NCBI GenBank assembly: GCA_030668875.1
Contig: DAOVER010000007.1
Coordinates: 30,001-62,000 of the forward strand
Length of the DNA: 32,000 nt
Reading direction: 5' to 3'
Source of the DNA: Candidatus Heimdallarchaeota archaeon
GTDB taxonomy: Archaea; Asgardarchaeota; Heimdallarchaeia; Heimdallarchaeales; Heimdallarchaeaceae
How positions within the stretch are numbered: position 1 is the stretch's first letter; every line of letters starts with the position of its first letter. A model generated the notes under the pieces. It saw only the letters and a list, made by a program, of their open reading frames with translations, was not told the origin of the DNA and did not search any database. The position numbers and the translations under genes were made by a program. Below are positions 26,254 to 32,000 of the stretch, in pieces.

Positions 26254-27492
26254 TCAAGCTCTTTGATAGAACAAATTATCCCATTCTTCATTATTAATAA
26301 GATATTGACAGCTATTGCTTTCTAACATTTCTAGAATGTATGGGTGTGATTCATGATGAAAAGGCATTTTGTCCACTTCGCTCGGGCTCATCTGTTTCAG
26401 GTCTTTTTTAAGCGTTTCAAGTAGGATACTATCCTGTTGAATACGTTTATCTTCTAATGATGAACCTTGCAATATTCTTGATTTTAAGAAAGAAACACGG
26501 GATAATACTGTTGAAACGCGTCGGTTAAAATGCAATTTATCTTCCGGAATATAACGTGGTTCAAAAAAAGGAATTTGATATTTCTTGCTCATCTCATATC
26601 CCATTTTGATTGTATCTACAAGGTTTAATTTATTAGAGTAATATGCATCTGGAATGCCACTTGGATTATTATTTGTATACAATTTTGTATATTGTTCATG
26701 TAGTTCAGAATAGTGCTCCTTTATGACAGAAAACATCTCTTCCTTATGTTTCCCTTGGCGAAGAGTTAATCCTCCGGTTATAACAAACTCAGCATTCACT
26801 TCTTTGCATCTTCTGAATAAATCTTCGAGATTCTTCCTCGTATCACCAATAAATGGCAAAAGAGGTGTCATATACACCCCTGCAGGTAAACCCTCCTCTC
26901 TTAGCTTTTGAACTGCTGAAAATCTTTCCTCAGTTGTGCTTGCTCTTGGCTCAAAAATCTTTTGCTCTTCTTGGTCTGATAATGTTATTGTAAGTGACAT
27001 TCTAGCGAACGATTGCTTATGTATTTTTTTGAAAAGGTCAATATCGCGAAGAACTAGAGAGTTCTTTGTAAGGGTTCTAATAGGAAAATTATAATCATAA
27101 GCAATTTGAAGTAACTTTCTAGTAACTGATAGAACTTCTTCCGCTGGTTGATATACATCACAGATTCCTCCTCCTATAAATAGAATAAATTTACTTGGTA
27201 TATTCTGTTTCGCAAATTCCCTGTAATTAGGAATAAAATCAACCAAAGTCTCTGTGCGTTGTCTGTTAACAGGGTAAAATCCTCTGTTTCTTAGATATTG
27301 TTCTAATAGTTCTGGAGCATTAACTTTGACTTTGATAATGTTACTGAACTCATCATGGAGATAGAACCGTTTTGCTTTCCCGTTACAATATTTGCAATCG
27401 TGATAGCATCCCTGATAAGGATTGAGATGATACTGTGTTTTATGTGCAGTATTATGAATTAATGTTTTAGCAATAATTTTCTCAATCTGCAT
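26254..27492 (-). CDS. SplB/Rv2578c-like radical SAM protein
   Basis: NPYQGC.HDCKYC (CxxxCxxC), DVYQPAE, TK, FEPRAS...ERF, PLLPFI.D; C-terminal helical extension. Confidence 0.85.
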   Translation of the reverse strand: MQIEKIIAKTLIHNTAHKTQYHLNPYQGCYHDCKYCNGKAKRFYLHDEFSNIIKVKVNAPELLEQYLRNRGFYPVNRQRTETLVDFIPNYREFAKQNIPSKFILFIGGGICDVYQPAEEVLSVTRKLLQIAYDYNFPIRTLTKNSLVLRDIDLFKKIHKQSFARMSLTITLSDQEEQKIFEPRASTTEERFSAVQKLREEGLPAGVYMTPLLPFIGDTRKNLEDLFRRCKEVNAEFVITGGLTLRQGKHKEEMFSVIKEHYSELHEQYTKLYTNNNPSGIPDAYYSNKLNLVDTIKMGYEMSKKYQIPFFEPRYIPEDKLHFNRRVSTVLSRVSFLKSRILQGSSLEDKRIQQDSILLETLKKDLKQMSPSEVDKMPFHHESHPYILEMLESNSCQYLINNEEWDNLFYQRA

Positions 27493-27549
27493 CGGGAATC
27501 ACAGAATTATCACGTTGAATAAAAAGAGATATTTGAATATTTAAGGATG

Positions 27550-27584
27550 AAAAAATAGCGAAATAAAAAAGAAACAAGAGAAAA
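27550..27584 (-). terminator. U-rich terminator candidate after fixX
   Basis: Minus strand reads TTTTCTCTTGTTTCTTTTTTATTTCGCTATTTTTT directly after the fixX stop. Confidence 0.5.
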
Positions 27585-27896
27585 TTAGCTGTGCTTAAAT
27601 TCTACTCCAAATCTACCTTTCGGATTGTGCCAATCTACACTTCCATGGGGGCAAACAACGCGACACACTCCACATTCAAGACATGCCACATAATCATATA
27701 ATACGGGTCCTTCTGCATCTTCCCCTTCTGTAAATTTATAACAATCTGCTGGACATCCATAAACACAATCGTGTGTTGTACATTTTGCTTTACATATTTC
27801 TGGATTTATGGTTATATGTTCATAGTTTTGATCTGTTGTGATCTTGGTTAGATCAAGTTTTTCTTCAATTGTCATGACTTTCCTTGCATCACTCAT
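27585..27896 (-). CDS. fixX: FixX ferredoxin-like protein
   Basis: C...C....C...CPA.CY and CLECGVCRVVCP; WHNP.GRFGV; ATGA overlap with fixC. Confidence 0.9.
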   Translation of the reverse strand: MSDARKVMTIEEKLDLTKITTDQNYEHITINPEICKAKCTTHDCVYGCPADCYKFTEGEDAEGPVLYDYVACLECGVCRVVCPHGSVDWHNPKGRFGVEFKHS

Positions 27897-29188
27897 AATG
27901 AAGTCAATCCTCCTACAACATCCTTAACTGTTCCAAGAAGCTTAGCTCGTTTTAATATGTGTTTAATTGCAGCTCTTGTTATCTTCTCTCTTGGTCTTCC
28001 GTTATTTTTCAATAACCTGTAGAAAAGACCATTGATGAGTTCGGGGTAATGTGCGAAAATCCTTTCAGTTTCAAGGAATTTAGCTGCTCTCTTGAAAGTT
28101 TTAAGATCTTGGTAAACGAAGCTTTCTTTGAGTTTCTCTTTGTAAATTTTTGTAGATTTCTTTGTATAGTCATTGGATTCCAGAACTTTCTTTGCCGCCT
28201 CTCCAGCTATTCTTCCGGATTCTAAAGCAAAATTGATTCCTTCAATGTAGAGGCCTGCATTGAGTACCATTCCAGCTGCGTCACCAACTACAATCACTCC
28301 ATTACCATAGAGTTTTGTAAGGTGTTTGAAACCACCTTCAGGGATCATATGAGCAGAATATTCGATCATTTTCGCATCCTTGAGCAATTTTCTGATATAT
28401 GAGTGATTTTTGAAATCTTCTAGAACTTCAGTTGCTTTTAATTTCTTTTTTATTAATGATTTGACATTAAGAATTAAACCAAAAGAAAGAGTATTTTCAT
28501 TAGTATAGAAGAAACCACCACCAGGAACGCCACGATAATGTCCTATAATCTCATTACTTATTCCTTCAGTACCTGTGACATGAAACCTTTCCTCAATTAG
28601 CTTCTTTGGAAGTTCATAAGTTTCTTTCATAGCAACACCATAATGACGTGCATGAGGATGTTTAGCTAATTTTGCTTTTTCAGTTAGAATGCGATTCGCT
28701 CCTTCAGCGATTATGACTAATTTAGCTCGTAATTCTTCATCACCTAATTTAACTCCAACAATTTGTTTGTCTTTCCAGACAAAATCTTCTACAATTGTAT
28801 CAGGAAGGATCATAGCTCCTGCTTCTTCTGCTTTTTCAGCTAACCATCTATCAAATTTAGGTCTTTGAACAGTTATACTATTGTAAGGTGTTTGATTGAA
28901 ATCACGTAAATCTACATCAATTGTCATTGAACGTGCTTCAGACAACATAGTGGTTTTTTTTGTTGTTAGATGTCTCTCAAAAGACCCCTTATCTTCCCAA
29001 TAATTGGGGATTAAGTTGTTCAATACAGGACCATAAAGAGCAGCACCACTGACATTTTTAGCTCCAGGGTACTGTCCTCTTTCTAACATAGCAACCTCGA
29101 CCCCAGTTCGTGCAAGAACCAGAGCAGCTGCACATCCAGCAGGACCTGCCCCAACTACTATTACCTCAAAATCATACTCTTCAGACAT
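27893..29188 (-). CDS. fixC: FixC-type ETF:quinone oxidoreductase flavoprotein
   Basis: VGAGPAG, ERG.YPGAKN.SG, RPKFDRWL, YSAHMIPEGG, VGDAAG, EG..FA.ESG. ATG at 29188 (TTG alternative at 29203). Confidence 0.92.
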   Translation of the reverse strand: MSEEYDFEVIVVGAGPAGCAAALVLARTGVEVAMLERGQYPGAKNVSGAALYGPVLNNLIPNYWEDKGSFERHLTTKKTTMLSEARSMTIDVDLRDFNQTPYNSITVQRPKFDRWLAEKAEEAGAMILPDTIVEDFVWKDKQIVGVKLGDEELRAKLVIIAEGANRILTEKAKLAKHPHARHYGVAMKETYELPKKLIEERFHVTGTEGISNEIIGHYRGVPGGGFFYTNENTLSFGLILNVKSLIKKKLKATEVLEDFKNHSYIRKLLKDAKMIEYSAHMIPEGGFKHLTKLYGNGVIVVGDAAGMVLNAGLYIEGINFALESGRIAGEAAKKVLESNDYTKKSTKIYKEKLKESFVYQDLKTFKRAAKFLETERIFAHYPELINGLFYRLLKNNGRPREKITRAAIKHILKRAKLLGTVKDVVGGLTSL

Positions 29189-29206
29189 ATGATTTGAGCT
29201 CAAAAT

Positions 29207-29228
29207 GTTGATTTATAAATAAATCGAC
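29207..29228. promoter_or_regulatory. 22-bp near-perfect palindrome overlapping a TATA-like box upstream of fixC
   Basis: GTTGATTTAT-AA-ATAAATCGAC (9/10 arm match); TTTATAAA at 29212-29219. Confidence 0.55.
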
Positions 29229-29242
29229 TTAACGCAAAAGGA

Positions 29243-29938
29243 TTAATCCTTCATATTGAGTCCATAACCCCAGTTCCCATCTTCATCATAGTTGAAGGAT
29301 TTAAACATGCCAAAAGCATTCCAAACCTCATCAAAAATAGGTTGCATAAGTCTAGGAATGTCATCGACTTTGTCATAATTTTCAATAAAAATGTCTGTAA
29401 GCTTAAGAATTTCCTCTGGATATTGAGTAGGTTGAACTCCAAGAATTTCATTATTCAATTTCATTGTGTAATCCTTAATTTGGACAAAAGAGAGATACAT
29501 GAATATTGGTGATTCAACACCGATCCTGCGAAACACTTCGAAATAGTATGGAATAACTTTCATAATCTCCTCTTCAAAAGCAACACTAGGTACTTCTTTT
29601 TTTGATACAATAGTTTTGATTAAACTTCCTTCAACAGCTTCAATTATACCTTTACGATAGAGGTGAGCATAAGATCTCGCTTTTCCTTCTAAATCAGTCG
29701 TATAAGTTAGAAAACCATCAAATGTGTGACTGGTTTCAATGCCAATAGCCTTTATTGGAAGTAGATATTTGGGATTTCTTTCTATAATTTCAATATCGTA
29801 ATTAGGATCTATAGCAGACCTACCCTCTGCCATTAGGTGTAGAATGATTTTCGCACCAGGAAGGAATCTTGTTGGAGTACGATTGTTTTGTAATTCTTTT
29901 ACTCTATCATTACGAAATATACTGCTCACAAAATTCAA
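29243..29938 (-). CDS. Stand-alone C-terminal domain of the kind usually fused behind Schlafen/AlbA_2 domains
   Basis: FR..R....TP.....GAKIILHL, FDGFLTY, SY..L.R.GIIEAVE, PS..FE, GV..P....LS, M.P.FD.VWNA.G..S.NYDE.GNW (recalled family pattern). TTG start after AGAAGGA; in-frame stop six codons upstream. Confidence 0.7.
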   Translation of the reverse strand: MNFVSSIFRNDRVKELQNNRTPTRFLPGAKIILHLMAEGRSAIDPNYDIEIIERNPKYLLPIKAIGIETSHTFDGFLTYTTDLEGKARSYAHLYRKGIIEAVEGSLIKTIVSKKEVPSVAFEEEIMKVIPYYFEVFRRIGVESPIFMYLSFVQIKDYTMKLNNEILGVQPTQYPEEILKLTDIFIENYDKVDDIPRLMQPIFDEVWNAFGMFKSFNYDEDGNWGYGLNMKD

Positions 29939-30112
29939 TCCTTCTGTGCTTTTTTAAATATTTTTTTGTAACTAATTTTCTATAATATTACAGATGATGA
30001 AGTACTATATTACATTAGTGGAGTTGGGATGTTTGATAGAAAAATAAACTGAACTATATTTAGTAATTTCGAATAGATTTCCAATAGTCTTATCTTCAAT
30101 TTAACACTTAGT

Positions 30113-30121
30113 AAAAAAAAA
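30113..30121 (-). terminator. Oligo-T (T9) terminator candidate after fixB/etfA
   Basis: Nine consecutive T on the minus strand, 12 nt after the stop codon. Confidence 0.55.
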
Positions 30122-30133
30122 GTGAGAAGATAA

Positions 30134-31090
30134 TTATTTCAATTTCTCTTTTAGGATTGGAAGGATAACATGCATATCACCAATGATGGCATAATCTGCA
30201 TAATTGATGATAGGCGCCCCTTCATCTGTGTTTATGACAATTAGTGTTTTTGCCTTAACACCAGACATGTGTTGAGGAGCACCTGAAATACCAGCAGCTA
30301 TATACAAATCAGGAGATATTGACTGCCCAGTTTGTCCAATTTCATAAGTCTCTTCAACCCAATGAACGTCAGTGCAAGCTCTTGTAGCTCCTATTTGACC
30401 ACCAAGTAAATCTGCTAATTCGCGAATAATCTGGAAGTTTTCTTTACCAGCAACTCCACGACCTGCAGCAACAATTACTTTAGCATCTTTAAGATTGACA
30501 GTTCTCTCTGCTTTCTTTATTTCAATGTGTTTGACTAATTTGTCTGCATCTTCAAAAGTAACTGAGACACTTGTGATTTCTGGGTTAGCACCCGAAGGAT
30601 TTTCATCTATGAAAAAAGCACCAGGTCTAGATGTTGCAAAAATAATGTCTCCTACAACCTGTGTAACTCTCATTGCTTGATCATCTCTAACGGGAGTGTG
30701 GAAATGTAAACTATCCCCTTCGATTGTGAGATCAACTATTCTCTGTGCACAAGAACTAGCATTTCTTACAGCTAATCTGGGAATCAAGTCTTCTCCATAA
30801 ACTGTTCCAGCTGCAACTACAAACCTTGGATTAATTTGGTTGATTATTTCCATCATAGCTCTTGTATATGTAGCGCTGAGATAAAATTCTAATTCAGGAG
30901 CATCAACAGTTACAACTTGTTGTACACCATGTAATCCTAACTCTTGAATCCATTCATCTTTCAAGTCTTTTCCAAGAAATGCACCAATTATTTTAGCTCC
31001 ATCGATGGATGTTTTGATTTTGTTCAAAATTCCAAGAGTGTTTTCTTCGATTTTACCGTCTCTTATTTGAATAAATACTAATGTCTTCAT
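30134..31090 (-). CDS. fixB: Electron transfer flavoprotein alpha subunit (FixB/EtfA)
   Basis: VIVAAGRG, GATR, IGQTG, PDLYIAAGISGA.QH, IN.D..API, ADY.IIGD. Confidence 0.93.
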   Translation of the reverse strand: MKTLVFIQIRDGKIEENTLGILNKIKTSIDGAKIIGAFLGKDLKDEWIQELGLHGVQQVVTVDAPELEFYLSATYTRAMMEIINQINPRFVVAAGTVYGEDLIPRLAVRNASSCAQRIVDLTIEGDSLHFHTPVRDDQAMRVTQVVGDIIFATSRPGAFFIDENPSGANPEITSVSVTFEDADKLVKHIEIKKAERTVNLKDAKVIVAAGRGVAGKENFQIIRELADLLGGQIGATRACTDVHWVEETYEIGQTGQSISPDLYIAAGISGAPQHMSGVKAKTLIVINTDEGAPIINYADYAIIGDMHVILPILKEKLK

Positions 31091-31094
31091 TTTA

Positions 31095-31895
31095 TCACGC
31101 TCCTAGTTTAACCTCATCTTCCTTCAGTTTCGCAAGAAGTTTGTCAACCATTTCTTCAGGTTCTCCTTCTTTAATGAGGAAGGTTTCTTTCTCAATAACA
31201 ATGTTCGAAAGGGATATTTGCTTCAAGGAAGCAGCATCAGCACTAATCTCGCTGATTTCTAAGCCCAAATCAGTAGCTGACCAAATAGGAATTACAGCTT
31301 TCTTTGCAGCAAGAATACCTCTCATTGTTGTATAGCGAGGAATAAAATATTGACTGTCACTACAACTGATTAAAGCTTTCTGTGGGATTGCGACAACCTT
31401 CTTTCCACCTTCTAGAACATGTCCTACTTTAAAACCTTGATTTATTGTTTCCATTTCTTCAGCGCATAAGACACTAGGAATATTCAACATTTCAGCTAGC
31501 ATTGCTGGAGCAGCATAAGAGCTAGAAGATTGTTCTTCAACTCCGAGTAGAATTAAATCATACTCACCAATTTTATCTAATGCTTTAGCATAAATTTTTG
31601 CTAATAGATAAGGATCATCTGTGTAAAAAGCTTCATCAGTTATTTCTATTGCATTTGTGCAACCCATAGCAACTGCTTCTTTGAGAGCTTTGTTAGGCTT
31701 ATTCCCTCTCACACAGACAGCTGTAACCTCAGCTCCTTGACTGTCTTTGAGTTTCAAGGCTCCTTCAATTGCATTTTTACCTGTTGGGTTGATCACTAAA
31801 TCATCAACACTTACTCGTGAAGCATCAAAGTAATCTACACCCTGTAATTTTACTTGTGTGCTCACGATTTGTTGTATAAAAACAACGATTTTCAT
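31095..31895 (-). CDS. fixA: Electron transfer flavoprotein beta subunit (FixA/EtfB), divergent nucleotide-binding loop
   Basis: MKIVV, INP...AIE.ALKLK, L.EA.AMG, DLILLG, LAE.L.IP, PRY.T.RGI.AAKK recognition loop; adjacent to etfA. Confidence 0.88.
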   Translation of the reverse strand: MKIVVFIQQIVSTQVKLQGVDYFDASRVSVDDLVINPTGKNAIEGALKLKDSQGAEVTAVCVRGNKPNKALKEAVAMGCTNAIEITDEAFYTDDPYLLAKIYAKALDKIGEYDLILLGVEEQSSSSYAAPAMLAEMLNIPSVLCAEEMETINQGFKVGHVLEGGKKVVAIPQKALISCSDSQYFIPRYTTMRGILAAKKAVIPIWSATDLGLEISEISADAASLKQISLSNIVIEKETFLIKEGEPEEMVDKLLAKLKEDEVKLGA

Positions 31896-32000
31896 ATTAC
31901 TCAGAGTGTCTGAAGTTGCGTGTTAAATAAACATTACGTCTTTTCAAAAAATTTGTTGTGAGAAAACAGAAGAATTAAGAGGAAAAATATTAAAAGTAGA

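Noticed and set aside
3555-31335. Short overlapping or antisense ORFs in the track (e.g. 3555-3830, 4651-4926, 7355-7606, 9348-9837, 13804-14064, 14455-14670, 23493-23817, 24832-25324, 31081-31335)
   Set aside because: They overlap well-supported genes, lack motifs and RBS, and look like shadow frames.
1-32000. CRISPR arrays, tRNA/rRNA genes, IS elements, stop-codon readthrough or programmed frameshifts
   Set aside because: No regularly spaced repeats, cloverleaf or rRNA motifs, transposase or integrase ORFs, or split reading frames were seen; all recognised genes are full length in one frame.

Overview
AT-rich archaeal chromosomal window, roughly one-third GC by eye. It is most likely from an Asgard (Heimdallarchaeia-like) lineage; this is an inference from the type II MetAP, PurP pair, PyrI, GGTGA-type ribosome-binding sites and a RING-like protein. 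About 20 kb (4340-24706) is a combined de novo purine and pyrimidine cluster of 20 genes in five transcription units: pyrD-K-C-F (+); HTH-PRTase regulator, purP-like, purP, guaA, pyrE (-); purC::purS, purQ, L, E, M, N, F, D (+); pyrB-pyrI (-); and a second pyrF (+). Left flank: 5'-truncated map, glpK, an orphan and a metallophosphoesterase. Right flank: RING-like protein, AKR-like/Zn-ribbon protein, SplB-like radical SAM protein, and fixA-fixB-[inserted orphan domain]-fixC-fixX. Best leads: (1) a pyrF paralog that keeps the catalytic K/D-K-D residues but has lost the phosphate-gripper residues; (2) an in-frame PurC-PurS fusion; (3) a candidate TTGCAA palindromic operator in three promoter regions around a PRPP-sensing regulator; (4) an EtfB with a degenerate AMP/FAD loop; (5) a stand-alone Schlafen/AlbA_2-associated C-terminal domain splitting fixABCX. 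No rRNA, tRNA, CRISPR array or transposase was seen. All family calls come from motif recognition, not database searches.
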